From assembly GCA_001789445.1 (NCBI GenBank), contig MFZQ01000013.1:4596-68595 (forward strand): 64,000 bases of DNA, given 5' to 3'. Shown here in pieces: positions 1 through 8,696 of the stretch (position 1 is its first letter; every line of letters begins with the position of its first letter). The position numbers and the translations under genes were made by a program. Source of the stretch: Candidatus Roizmanbacteria bacterium RIFCSPHIGHO2_02_FULL_40_13b (GTDB lineage: Bacteria; Patescibacteriota; Microgenomatia; UBA1406; HO2-37-13b). The notes beneath the pieces were generated by a model. That model had not been told where the DNA came from. It did not search any database and saw nothing but the letters and a program-made list of their open reading frames with translations.

Positions 1-75
1 TTCATACACGGATTCCAAACAGCGGGCGATTGCTTTTTCTTCGTTAAAAATTGCAAGTGCGACTGAAAGCTTCAT
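1..75 (-). CDS. glycosyltransferase family 2, N-terminal fragment (gene continues past the left edge)
   Basis: Reverse translation from ATG at 75..73 gives MKLSVALAIFNEEKAIARCLESVYE, a typical GT2 N-terminus. ATGA overlap with the fmt stop. Confidence 0.45.
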   Translation of the reverse strand, partial: MKLSVALAIFNEEKAIARCLESVYE

Positions 76-938
76 ACATTTATTATACTTGGATTGAATG
101 GAATTTCATTCTTTCCTTCAAATTGAACCTTTTTTATTACTAGTTTTCCATCCGCAAAAGCACAATCGGTAATTTTCATGCGCTTATCATCAACAAGGGT
201 CCAGATTCCTGGCCAGGGGTAAAGGGCTCTAAACTTGTTATAAATTTCGCGTCCATCCTCTATTATGCCATCTTCAATTTTCTGAAATTCGACAAATCCA
301 TCATCTTTTTTGAGTAATTTTGTATAGGTAGCTTGTGAGTGATCCTGGATTCCCGCTCCCTGAAGGGGACCTTCGGCCTTCGCGAGAATGACATTGAGGA
401 TCTCTTTCTTAAACAACTCAAACCCAACATTCGTCAACTCTGTTTCAAGTTCTGGTCGTCTCATATCTGGCCCAATCGCATACTCAACCTGGGAAATAAT
501 GGGTCCGTGATCCATTTTTTCATCCATTTTCATGAGCGTGACTCCGGTCACTTTGTCTCCATTAAGTAAGGGATAGGTGGTGGGGGAAGGTCCTCGATAT
601 TTGGGGAGCAAGGAAGGGTGGATGTTCCAGAATCCATATTTTGGAATTTGCAGAATATCTGCGGGAATTATCTTGCCAAATGCGTAAACTAAAGCTAGAT
701 CAATATTGTTAAATTGTTGATTTGTTAAATTGTTACCATTCATGTAATTGATAGGAATCGAAAACTTTTCGGCCAAAAGTTTCACCGCCGAAGGCGTGAG
801 AACTTGCTTTCTCCCTACTGGCTGATCGGGCCGAGTAATGACGAGTGCGACTTCAATCTCTTTCAGTTCAGGGTCGGTGAGAATTTTTTCCAGAAAGTCT
901 GCGGAAAATTGTGGAGTTCCAAAATATGCAATTTTCAT
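72..938 (-). CDS. fmt: methionyl-tRNA formyltransferase
   Basis: MKIAYFGTPQFS N-terminus and the HPSLLPKYRGPSP formyltransferase motif. Length 288 aa. Confidence 0.9.
   Translation of the reverse strand: MKIAYFGTPQFSADFLEKILTDPELKEIEVALVITRPDQPVGRKQVLTPSAVKLLAEKFSIPINYMNGNNLTNQQFNNIDLALVYAFGKIIPADILQIPKYGFWNIHPSLLPKYRGPSPTTYPLLNGDKVTGVTLMKMDEKMDHGPIISQVEYAIGPDMRRPELETELTNVGFELFKKEILNVILAKAEGPLQGAGIQDHSQATYTKLLKKDDGFVEFQKIEDGIIEDGREIYNKFRALYPWPGIWTLVDDKRMKITDCAFADGKLVIKKVQFEGKNEIPFNPSIINV
347..393. repeat. family-A hairpin element (nested-loop variant) lying in frame inside fmt
   Basis: ggattcccgctccctgaaggggaccttcggccttcgcgagaatgaca closely matches the reverse complement of the intergenic copy at 13308-13350. 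It is translated as VILAKAEGPLQGAGI in Fmt. Confidence 0.7.
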
Positions 939-967
939 AGAATTACGACACGCGGAGGTTTTCTTGT

Positions 968-1029
968 TGTCATCCCCGACTCCGATCGGGGATCTATTTA
1001 AATAGATTCCCGCCTTCGCGGGAATGACA
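968..1029. repeat. family-A dual-hairpin palindromic element (MITE/REP-like)
   Basis: tgtcatccccgac..gatcggggatc + tatttaaata + gattcccgccttcgcgggaatgaca. Termini tgtcat/atgaca are inverted. Confidence 0.8.
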
Positions 1030-1033
1030 CTGG

Positions 1034-2143
1034 CTATCTCGTTATCTGGTACGATTTTACTTTCTCAAGTAGTTCTTTGGCTCTTGGATCTGTTTCAAAA
1101 TGCTTTCGGACGGGCTCGATAAGTTTGTCGATGAGGGCGGCAACGGTGTTTTTGAGGTCTTGTGGATGGATTTCTTTGGCGACATATTTCTCCTCTAGAT
1201 CCTGAAACGAGTTCAGGATGACAGGGCCACCAAATTTTTCTGGCCGCTCAATCGTTATTTTATCCATTCCAAGCTGGTCGAGAGATTCGAAAATAATATA
1301 TTTGCAATATTCGAGAATTGGATTTTCCTCAACAACTCCTTCAGGGCAATATGCACGAGCAATTTTTCGGGAAATTTCTTCTGTTGTATCCGTCATAAAA
1401 ATCGCTGAATCAGGGTTTGATTTTGACATTTTCATACGTTCTGTTCTTTCATATGCTTCAGAAGGTGCAGGGCTGGGGCTGGGTGATGGCGATGATTGTG
1501 TCAATCCCAACAACATATGATGAGATACAACAATTGGCTTATCAAAGCCCAATTGCGGGCCGATTTCTCGAGCGAGCATATTGACTTTTCGCTGATCCAT
1601 TCCAAGTTGCGTAACCCGCGCTTTCAAATAAAAAACGTCTGCCGCTTGCATGGCAACATACATGAGCTGGGCGAGTGTCAAATCCATCGATTCGGCCCGT
1701 CCCATAATCTCGGCGGCCCGCACAAACCGTTTAATCGCGTTTGTTTTGGCGATTTTCATGACAAGTTCCCAGTATTTCGGATCCTTCACAACTTCGCTTG
1801 CCCATACAAACTCGACATGATCCAACTTCATTCCAGACGCTTTCCAAACTTCGATTAAGTATTTTCCGACCGTTTGAATTTTTTCCATATCTCCGCCCAT
1901 TTTATTGTTCAAATACGCATGCCAGTCGGCAACAAGCATCTTGAAATGAGCACCTGAAGCAATCATTTTGTTCACATTTATTGTACGAAGGATTCCCGTT
2001 GCTATATGCACTTGTCCCGAAGGTTCAAACCCGTCATATGCAACAAACAGCTCATTTTTTGAAATGAGACTTTCCAATTCTTCAACCTGAATTATTTCTT
2101 CTCCAACAGTCTTGAGTAAACTTAATTTTTCTTGCAAAGACAT
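1034..2143 (-). CDS. tyrS: tyrosyl-tRNA synthetase, archaeal/eukaryal-type
   Basis: Class I aaRS with AYDGFEPSGQVHIATG (HIGH-like region) and KMSKS. A Ser/Pro low-complexity insert (SSPSPSPSPAPSE) lies just before KMSKS. A separate trpS exists at 32585. Confidence 0.8.
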   Translation of the reverse strand: MSLQEKLSLLKTVGEEIIQVEELESLISKNELFVAYDGFEPSGQVHIATGILRTINVNKMIASGAHFKMLVADWHAYLNNKMGGDMEKIQTVGKYLIEVWKASGMKLDHVEFVWASEVVKDPKYWELVMKIAKTNAIKRFVRAAEIMGRAESMDLTLAQLMYVAMQAADVFYLKARVTQLGMDQRKVNMLAREIGPQLGFDKPIVVSHHMLLGLTQSSPSPSPSPAPSEAYERTERMKMSKSNPDSAIFMTDTTEEISRKIARAYCPEGVVEENPILEYCKYIIFESLDQLGMDKITIERPEKFGGPVILNSFQDLEEKYVAKEIHPQDLKNTVAALIDKLIEPVRKHFETDPRAKELLEKVKSYQITR

Positions 2144-2472
2144 GACTTTATTATAGCAGAATTTGTAGCTACGTACTGAACGTTACAGTTAAAAAGGAGA
2201 CTTTTATTTCGAACAATCGCAGATACAGTACTGGTATTTTTAATTGTATCTGTTGGTAGAAGCGCGACGATTTTGCACTTTTTAAGTAGATATTCCTCTC
2301 TAGTTATTGTTGGTGAAGGGGGTGGAAGGTTCGTTGGGTTCGGGATTGCTGTAGGAGGAACATACTTTCGATCTTCTTCAGCGATACCTTTGCCCAGCCG
2401 GAAGCCCATGAGAAAGAAGACGATGACTAATAGTGTTGCAAGGAATGCAATTGCGCGTTCATTTCGGGACAT
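2122..2472 (-). CDS. hypothetical membrane-anchored protein
   Basis: ORF with one N-terminal TM helix (IAFLATLLVIVFFLMGF). Overlaps the tyrS start by 22 nt in the same direction. Confidence 0.45.
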   Translation of the reverse strand: MSRNERAIAFLATLLVIVFFLMGFRLGKGIAEEDRKYVPPTAIPNPTNLPPPSPTITREEYLLKKCKIVALLPTDTIKNTSTVSAIVRNKSLLFNCNVQYVATNSAIIKSCLCKKN

Positions 2473-2510
2473 GATTGTATTATAACAGTTGTAATCCTGG
2501 ACCGGAACGT

Positions 2511-2572
2511 TGTCATTCCCGCGAAGGCGGGAATCTATTCAAATAGATCCCCGATCAGGGTCGGGGATGACA
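2511..2572. repeat. family-A dual-hairpin palindromic element
   Basis: tgtcattcccgcgaaggcgggaatc + tattcaaata + gatccccgatcagggtcggggatgaca. Confidence 0.8.
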
Positions 2573-2576
2573 TGAG

Positions 2577-2963
2577 CTATAGTTTGGTGAGGTCTTGAGT
2601 GATGTCTTGTAGGTCCGTGTCGACATCGCTTATTTGAATTGCTTCTAGGTCTTTTTGTTCTTGTATTACAACTCCTGCCGAGGCAGAAGTTGTTGGTGCA
2701 GCTTCTGTTGGAGCCACCGTTTCAGTTTGAGATGTTTCTTCTGTTGGAGTTTGGCTTGGCTTTTTCTCTTTTGTAAATAAGAAGAGAAGTCCTAAGATTA
2801 TGATAATAACAGCCCCGATTCCCACAAGAACCATCGGATTTCTCATAGAAACAGGATTTGGAACAGAGGGCTCGATGGCTGGAGAGCCGGAGGTCCCGAG
2901 CGGAGCCGAGGGGCTCGTTGGCTCTACGACTGGCTCGACTGGTGTTGGGTTTGTTTCTTCCAT
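2577..2963 (-). CDS. hypothetical Pro/Thr-rich single-pass membrane protein
   Basis: ORF with a central TM helix (MVLVGIGAVIIIILGLLFLF) and low-complexity flanks. Confidence 0.45.
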   Translation of the reverse strand: MEETNPTPVEPVVEPTSPSAPLGTSGSPAIEPSVPNPVSMRNPMVLVGIGAVIIIILGLLFLFTKEKKPSQTPTEETSQTETVAPTEAAPTTSASAGVVIQEQKDLEAIQISDVDTDLQDITQDLTKL

Positions 2964-2965
2964 AA

Positions 2966-3622
2966 TTATGGGGTTGGTGTCACCGTTCCCATTGCATGTC
3001 CAAAGGCAACGGCGGCACTAATAACTGCTTTTCGTGCTGATTGGACAACTTCCTTGAGCGCTTTAAGATCGGTTCGAAGTGACTGAACGACTGTCGAGAC
3101 ATCTGAACGAAGTGTTGATTCGGTATTAATTGTAATAACGTACGTCTTACCTTTCTGTGTTGTTACAGCCGCTTGAGCCGTTGAAATAGCTGTTCGTGCA
3201 CTTACTATTGCCGCCTCAACTGCACTTGTATCTTTTCCATTTGTTTTTGCTGTATTTGTTCTCGTTTCAATTTTGTTAAGAATTTCAGTTAATCGGGCGA
3301 GCACTTTATTAAAGTGATCGGTCATATTTGTATTAAGAGTAGTCAGGCGAGTATCGATCCGCTCAACAACTTCCTTTTTCTTTTCATCTTTAAGCTCCGC
3401 AAGCTTAGCCTTGAACTCCTCGCGGTTTTCTTTTCTTTCTTCTCTATTTGTTATACGAGTTTCTTGGTTTGTCTGTACGATTGTCGCACGAAGTTCTATT
3501 CGATTTTCAGCATTCGCAAGTGGGGAAAGAATGAGGAGAGAAGTGGTGATACAAAAACTAGCTATGGTCAGTTTTCTATACATAAGCTGCAAAAAGTATA
3601 CACCTTTGGAAACATATGTCAA
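2966..3622 (-). CDS. hypothetical secreted coiled-coil protein
   Basis: Signal-like N-terminus ending LANA. The rest is charged and helical-looking. Confidence 0.45.
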   Translation of the reverse strand: MTYVSKGVYFLQLMYRKLTIASFCITTSLLILSPLANAENRIELRATIVQTNQETRITNREERKENREEFKAKLAELKDEKKKEVVERIDTRLTTLNTNMTDHFNKVLARLTEILNKIETRTNTAKTNGKDTSAVEAAIVSARTAISTAQAAVTTQKGKTYVITINTESTLRSDVSTVVQSLRTDLKALKEVVQSARKAVISAAVAFGHAMGTVTPTP

Positions 3623-4929
3623 GTTTTCAAACGGGCTTTTGCAGCGGCTCGAGCTTTGAAATCTGCCCCAGTATGCCCTTTGATATCATGGGCTCGGGCC
3701 ACAGGCGAGGAAGTCTTTGGGTTTTGACTATAGAATTCTCCCTCTGGCGTTACAAATTTGAAGTAATACCCAGATTTGTCGGTCGCATGTGGATCCCATG
3801 CTTCTCCCCGTTGATACCGACGCGAAGCATCAAAGAGATCATGTAATACTTTAAAATCAGTATACGGATGAGCCAATCCACCTGCATGGCCTGCCTCATG
3901 CCGCAAGGTTGTGCCAAGAATCGAAGAGTGAATGGGGTAATCCTTATATTTCAAATTAACAGGGAGTTTACGCGGATCCAGAAATGGATCAAGCTTATTC
4001 CGAGAATCTTGATCATATAGCCGATCATTATGACCATAAAACAATTGCGAAATTCTATAACTAACCCACCGCATTGTTTCTTCTTCATCAGAAAGAGTTA
4101 TATTCCGTACCGGTAACAAAACATATCGTCTTTCCACAAAATATGACTTTCCAGTTTTGGGATCAATACGAGCCACTTCTGTTTTTTCTGCTTGTCCCAG
4201 AGGGCCCCAATTCATTTCTTCATCAGAAAATTCTCTCTTTTTCCAATAATCTCTATATAAATTAAGATTGACTTCAAGTTCTGCTACTTCGTTGGGATCC
4301 CACCCTTTTTCTTTCGCTCGTTCAGAAAGATTACGAAGTTTATCTTCAGCCTGGAATACATTTCCATTTTTGATAATTTCAAAATCTTGCCGATAATTTT
4401 CCATAGTGTGATTTACCCGAGCTACAAGATCCTCATCATCAATATCACCAGGTAATAAACTTGAATTTACTCGAGGTCCATCTAAGAGCACAATATGAAG
4501 CTCGGAGTTTGGATGATCTTTAATATAGGAAAACATTGGTTCATTTTCTAAAGCCTCTGGCATAATCTGTAGCTGAAAATCAGGTAGATTATGAATATAC
4601 GTTCGGTAGCGAGTTTGCAAATCTGTTTCGGATATGGGTACTGTAGGGTCCATCTGCGCTGCTTCAGCAACAAGTACTTGAGATATTGGGTGGGCTTTGT
4701 CAGAAAGACCTTCCCCAAATTCATCCTTTTTATTCTCAGGGTTTGCTACTATAGACGATATTGGATTTGGGTTTTCGCCTTGGACTCCAGTACTTACACC
4801 ATTTATCTCTCTCTGAGAACCTGATCCGATTGCAAGTCCTGTGGCGATTACGCCAGTAGCTATTTTTCGACCAATGTGACGTTTTAGCTTGTTGGTTGGA
4901 GATATTTCAGAACCGGAATATTCGCTCAT
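3619..4929 (-). CDS. putative secreted zinc metalloprotease (HExxH)
   Basis: N-terminal TM/signal and an HEAGHAGGLAHPY motif near the C-terminus. I recognise no further family. Confidence 0.45.
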   Translation of the reverse strand: MSEYSGSEISPTNKLKRHIGRKIATGVIATGLAIGSGSQREINGVSTGVQGENPNPISSIVANPENKKDEFGEGLSDKAHPISQVLVAEAAQMDPTVPISETDLQTRYRTYIHNLPDFQLQIMPEALENEPMFSYIKDHPNSELHIVLLDGPRVNSSLLPGDIDDEDLVARVNHTMENYRQDFEIIKNGNVFQAEDKLRNLSERAKEKGWDPNEVAELEVNLNLYRDYWKKREFSDEEMNWGPLGQAEKTEVARIDPKTGKSYFVERRYVLLPVRNITLSDEEETMRWVSYRISQLFYGHNDRLYDQDSRNKLDPFLDPRKLPVNLKYKDYPIHSSILGTTLRHEAGHAGGLAHPYTDFKVLHDLFDASRRYQRGEAWDPHATDKSGYYFKFVTPEGEFYSQNPKTSSPVARAHDIKGHTGADFKARAAAKARLKT

Positions 4930-4985
4930 ACTTTTTCTAGTCTACTCATGTAAAAGAATCATGTCAAGTTTTTTAATCCTCCTCA

Positions 4986-5936
4986 TTGCAAAAAATCGGT
5001 GTATTTAGTATTCTTCAAGAACAGATGAAAAAATTGAATCTTAATCCGGGATGGTTTGTGATTTTTGCAGTATTACTCTGGAGTCTTGATGGAATCCTTC
5101 GCCGCAGTCTCTTTTCACTCCCGCCGGCGATCATCGTTTTCTGGGAACACGCACTTGGTGCACTCGTTCTAACTCCATTTGTTTTAAAAAGAAGAGCAGA
5201 GTTTACGCTTCTCACAGCCCGAGAATGGACGGCAGTTGCAATTATCAGCCTATTTTCCGGCGCACTCGGAACAATCTTCTACACCGCGGCGCTCGGCCAG
5301 ATCAACTTTATCCAATTCTCCGTCGTTGTCCTTCTGCAACAACTGCAACCAATTTGGGCAATCGGAACAGCCGCAATAATTCTCAAAGAAAAGTTACCTG
5401 CTAAATTTCTCATGTGGGCGATCGTTGGGATAGCCGCAAGTTATGTAGTTACATTTCCCAACCTCACTGTTAATCTCGAAACTGGACAGGGAACAATTAT
5501 AGCCGCCGGATTTGCGCTCTTGGCCGGAATTTTATGGGGAAGCTCGACATCATTTTCAAAAATTGTGCTTAAAAAGACTTCATACATCGCAACAACGTAT
5601 TTAAGATTTCTTATCGCACCGATTTTTGCGGCGATGATCTTTGTGGGTTTGGGACAATCAGACAAACTGCTCACCATTTCCCAACCACAGTTGACCACAC
5701 TTCTCATTATCACCTTCTCAACCGGAATGGTAGCGCTCCTCATTTATTACTACGGCCTGCGAAAAATCCCGGTTCGAGTGAGCGCAATTCTTGAGCTTTT
5801 CTGGCCACTGTCGGCTGTGGTCATCGACTACTTCCTATTTAAGAAGATGCTTTCAGTTACACAAATCATCGGTGCTGCAATCTTGATCTACTCAATGTAC
5901 CGAGTTTCTCGCTATTCAAAAGATGAAGTGGTATAA
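4986..5936 (+). CDS. EamA/DMT-family transporter
   Basis: About ten predicted TM helices arranged as two EamA-like halves. The true start may be the ATG at 5025 (MKKLNLNPGWF). Confidence 0.7.
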   Translation: MQKIGVFSILQEQMKKLNLNPGWFVIFAVLLWSLDGILRRSLFSLPPAIIVFWEHALGALVLTPFVLKRRAEFTLLTAREWTAVAIISLFSGALGTIFYTAALGQINFIQFSVVVLLQQLQPIWAIGTAAIILKEKLPAKFLMWAIVGIAASYVVTFPNLTVNLETGQGTIIAAGFALLAGILWGSSTSFSKIVLKKTSYIATTYLRFLIAPIFAAMIFVGLGQSDKLLTISQPQLTTLLIITFSTGMVALLIYYYGLRKIPVRVSAILELFWPLSAVVIDYFLFKKMLSVTQIIGAAILIYSMYRVSRYSKDEVV

Positions 5937-6291
5937 CGGGAAAGTCATTCACGGGGAAAAAATGGGCAGATTTTTGGGATTTCCTACAATTAATATATAT
6001 ACGAAGAATCTTTCACTTGACTTCAAAACTGGAATCTACGCCGCACGGGTGAAAGTAGGGGAAAAGCAATATGCCGGAAGCCTCTTTTACGGTCCGCGAC
6101 TGATCAAAAAAGAAACGGAAAATGTGCTCGAAATCTTCCTTTTGGACTTCGAAGGAGACTTGTATGAGAAAAAAATCGAGTTCTCTCCAGTGAAATTTAT
6201 CCGCGAGGTGCGAGATTTTTCCTCGCTTGAAGAGCTTGCGAAGCAGATGGAGGAGGATGTGAAGAAGACGAGAGAGATAATAGAGAACTGA
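5923..6291 (+). CDS. riboflavin kinase (monofunctional, RibF C-terminal-domain type)
   Basis: GRFLGFPTINI ... GIYA ... YGPR ... LEIFLLDFEGDLY pattern. Only 122 aa, with no FAD-synthetase domain. Confidence 0.7.
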   Translation: MKWYNGKVIHGEKMGRFLGFPTINIYTKNLSLDFKTGIYAARVKVGEKQYAGSLFYGPRLIKKETENVLEIFLLDFEGDLYEKKIEFSPVKFIREVRDFSSLEELAKQMEEDVKKTREIIEN

Positions 6292-6293
6292 TC

Positions 6294-6424
6294 ACCTCGG
6301 GGGCTTGGAGTCGTGAGCTTAGCCGAACGATGGTTTGGCTTTTTGCAACAATATTGTACACTTCGGGTGCCTGCCTGCCGGCAGGCAGGTGTACATACTC
6401 TTCAAATTTTCTACTCCTTGACAT
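6294..6424 (+). repeat. terminator-plus-promoter module, copy A
   Basis: Shares acctcggg..atggtttggctttttgcaacaatattgtacacttcgggtg..caaattttctactccttgacat with 8573-8669. Carries an extra 20-bp perfect palindrome at 6370-6389. Confidence 0.8.
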
Positions 6425-6446
6425 ATCCAAATCACTTTAGTATACT
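6418..6446 (+). promoter_or_regulatory. sigma70-like promoter TTGACA-17-TATACT, 7 nt before the ATG
   Basis: ttgaca at 6418-6423 and tatact at 6441-6446. The ATG of the TrpR-like gene is at 6454. Confidence 0.6.
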
Positions 6447-6453
6447 AAAGTGC

Positions 6454-6780
6454 ATGAAGCAGGAAATGTGGGCTAGTCCCGAAACAGATAACCTTTTTTC
6501 AGCGATTTTGTCGCTCAAGAACCTTGATGAATCAAGGCGATTTTTTCGTGACCTTCTCACCGAACCCGAACTTGCAGAATTCGCAAATCGGTGGAAAGTA
6601 GCACAACTCCTTTCACAAAAAACTCCCTATTCTCAAATAGAAAAAGAGACCAGAATGAGCTCCACAACAATTGCCCGAATCAGCAAATGGCTTACCAACG
6701 GCATGGGCGGATACACGCTGGCACTCAACAAATTGAACCATCACCATCATCAATCAACCTCATTCGAGGAAGATTCCTGA
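6454..6780 (+). CDS. TrpR-related YerC/YecD-family DNA-binding protein
   Basis: FRDLLTEPELAEFANRWKVAQLL...SQIEKETRMSSTTIARISKWL. The start was moved to the ATG at 6454 because the upstream part of the track ORF is repeat and promoter sequence. Confidence 0.65.
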   Translation: MKQEMWASPETDNLFSAILSLKNLDESRRFFRDLLTEPELAEFANRWKVAQLLSQKTPYSQIEKETRMSSTTIARISKWLTNGMGGYTLALNKLNHHHHQSTSFEEDS

Positions 6781-6836
6781 TGGCTTAAACATCTTTAAGA
6801 CTTCATGAAACCTTCTCGAAAGAGGAGGTTTTTCAT

Positions 6837-8366
6837 ATGAAAAAAATAGTACAGATCGATGGGAAAAACTTAACAATTGAGGATGTAGTTGCTGTGGCCC
6901 AAAACGGTGCTAAGATTACCTATAGTCAAAAAATAATCGATGGAATCCAAAAAAACTGGGATACGGTGGCTGAAATGATCGAGGAAGGGCAAACAATTTA
7001 TGGATTGAACACCGGAATTGGTGGGTTTGGAAATGTTCTTTTACCCGCCGATCAAACAGCGGAACTATCGGTACGAATGCTTCGGGCGCACGCGTCTGGA
7101 TATGGAGATCCGGTAACAGAAGAAGTTTCACGAGCATCATTTTTGGCACGAATCAATGTGTTGGCCAAAGGATATTCATGTATCCGTCCAATAATCTTCA
7201 CCACTATGATCGAAATGGTAAACCGCGGAGTCAATCCGGTTGCCTATGAAAAGGGGTCGCTGGGTTGCTCTGGAGACCTGGCACCTCTTGCCCAAATGGG
7301 TCTTGTCGTCATCGGCGAAGGAAAAGCGTATTACAAGGGAAAAATAATTGAAGGTGCTCTCGCACTGAAAAAAGCTGGAATTAAATCGGTAAAACTCGCA
7401 TATAGAGAAGGACTTGCACTCATGAACGGGTCTCAGATGATGACTGCGATAGCTACTCTTAATATTTATTCTGCCCAGCGGCTCATCAAAACGGCTGAAA
7501 TTTCTGCCGCAATGAGTATCGATGTCTTAAATTGTGTCGAGTCAGCCTATGACAAACGATATAACGCGGTGCGAGGGTTCAAAGGACAGCAAATTGTGGC
7601 TGAAAATATCCGCCGGTTGCTTTCCGGTAGTGAAATTCTCAAGCAAAAAAAGATAAATACCCAAAGCGCCTACAGTTTGCGATCAGTTCCACAAGTATCA
7701 GGTGCGTGTCGCGACGCACTCGATTACATACGAAGTATTGTCGAAATTGAACTCAACGCCGTTGCCGACAATCCAATTTTCTTTACAAATGACAGGGTTG
7801 CATTGAGTGGTGCTAATTTCCACGGTGCACCAGTTGCCTATACCCAAGATTTACTTGGAATCATTATGACGGACCTGGGCTCAATCTCAGAAAGGCGAAC
7901 TAATAATTTGCTTGACCCAGCTTGTAGCAAAGAGCTACCGGCATTTCTCGTCGAAAGCGCAGGCTTGGATAGCGGACTCATGATTTCCCAGTACACGCAA
8001 GCTGCACTTGTTTCAGAAAATAAAGTGCTGGCTACTCCGGCGAGTATCGACTCGATTCCAACATCTGCAAACCAAGAAGACCACGTTTCTATGGGAACAA
8101 TTGGCGCACGAAAAGCAAGCGAGATTATCCGAAACACCGAGGCGGTTATCGCTATTGAAGTTTTAGCTGCATGTCAGGCATATGAGTTTAGAAAACCACT
8201 CTTGGCTTCGAAATCATTTCGAGCGGTATACGACCTTGTGCGCTCAATTAGTCCAAAAATTGTGGAGGATAGGCCGTTTTATCAAGATATAGAAAAAATA
8301 GTGAAGCTTGTTAGAAGTTACCAAATCCTTGAAACCGCAGAATCGATGATAGGAAAGTTGAAATAA
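6837..8366 (+). CDS. hutH: histidine ammonia-lyase family (MIO-type aromatic amino acid lyase)
   Basis: GSLGCSGDLAPLAQ MIO region, 509 aa, AGGAGG Shine-Dalgarno 8 nt upstream. Confidence 0.8.
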   Translation: MKKIVQIDGKNLTIEDVVAVAQNGAKITYSQKIIDGIQKNWDTVAEMIEEGQTIYGLNTGIGGFGNVLLPADQTAELSVRMLRAHASGYGDPVTEEVSRASFLARINVLAKGYSCIRPIIFTTMIEMVNRGVNPVAYEKGSLGCSGDLAPLAQMGLVVIGEGKAYYKGKIIEGALALKKAGIKSVKLAYREGLALMNGSQMMTAIATLNIYSAQRLIKTAEISAAMSIDVLNCVESAYDKRYNAVRGFKGQQIVAENIRRLLSGSEILKQKKINTQSAYSLRSVPQVSGACRDALDYIRSIVEIELNAVADNPIFFTNDRVALSGANFHGAPVAYTQDLLGIIMTDLGSISERRTNNLLDPACSKELPAFLVESAGLDSGLMISQYTQAALVSENKVLATPASIDSIPTSANQEDHVSMGTIGARKASEIIRNTEAVIAIEVLAACQAYEFRKPLLASKSFRAVYDLVRSISPKIVEDRPFYQDIEKIVKLVRSYQILETAESMIGKLK

Positions 8367-8370
8367 AAAT

Positions 8371-8565
8371 ATGGAAAATAATACACGACTAGATCCTCGT
8401 GAACTTACTGATGGAGAATTTGGAGATACTCCATCTACGCAAAGATCAGAGATAGGTAGAAAAACACTATATGATGAACTTTTGGAAGAATGTGCGCGAC
8501 GTGGAATGAATGAGGAAGAAATAAGGCGAGAAATAGAGGCTTTCATTGCAGTATGTGGAGATTAA
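8371..8565 (+). CDS. hypothetical small acidic protein
   Basis: 64-aa ORF starting 4 nt after the hutH stop. No recognisable motif. Confidence 0.35.
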   Translation: MENNTRLDPRELTDGEFGDTPSTQRSEIGRKTLYDELLEECARRGMNEEEIRREIEAFIAVCGD

Positions 8566-8572
8566 GTATTCA

Positions 8573-8669
8573 ACCTCGGGATGGTTTGGCTTTTTGCAAC
8601 AATATTGTACACTTCGGGTGTGTACAGCCACTTCGGATGTGTATAGTCAAATTTTCTACTCCTTGACAT
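8573..8669 (+). repeat. terminator-plus-promoter module, copy B
   Basis: Direct repeat of 6294-6424. Lacks the 20-bp palindrome and the 28-bp insert of copy A. Confidence 0.8.
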
Positions 8670-8690
8670 TACAAGTACTTGATCTATAAT
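8663..8690 (+). promoter_or_regulatory. sigma70-like promoter TTGACA-16-TATAAT
   Basis: ttgaca at 8663-8668 and tataat at 8685-8690. No start codon follows. Confidence 0.55.
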
Positions 8691-8696
8691 ACTACT

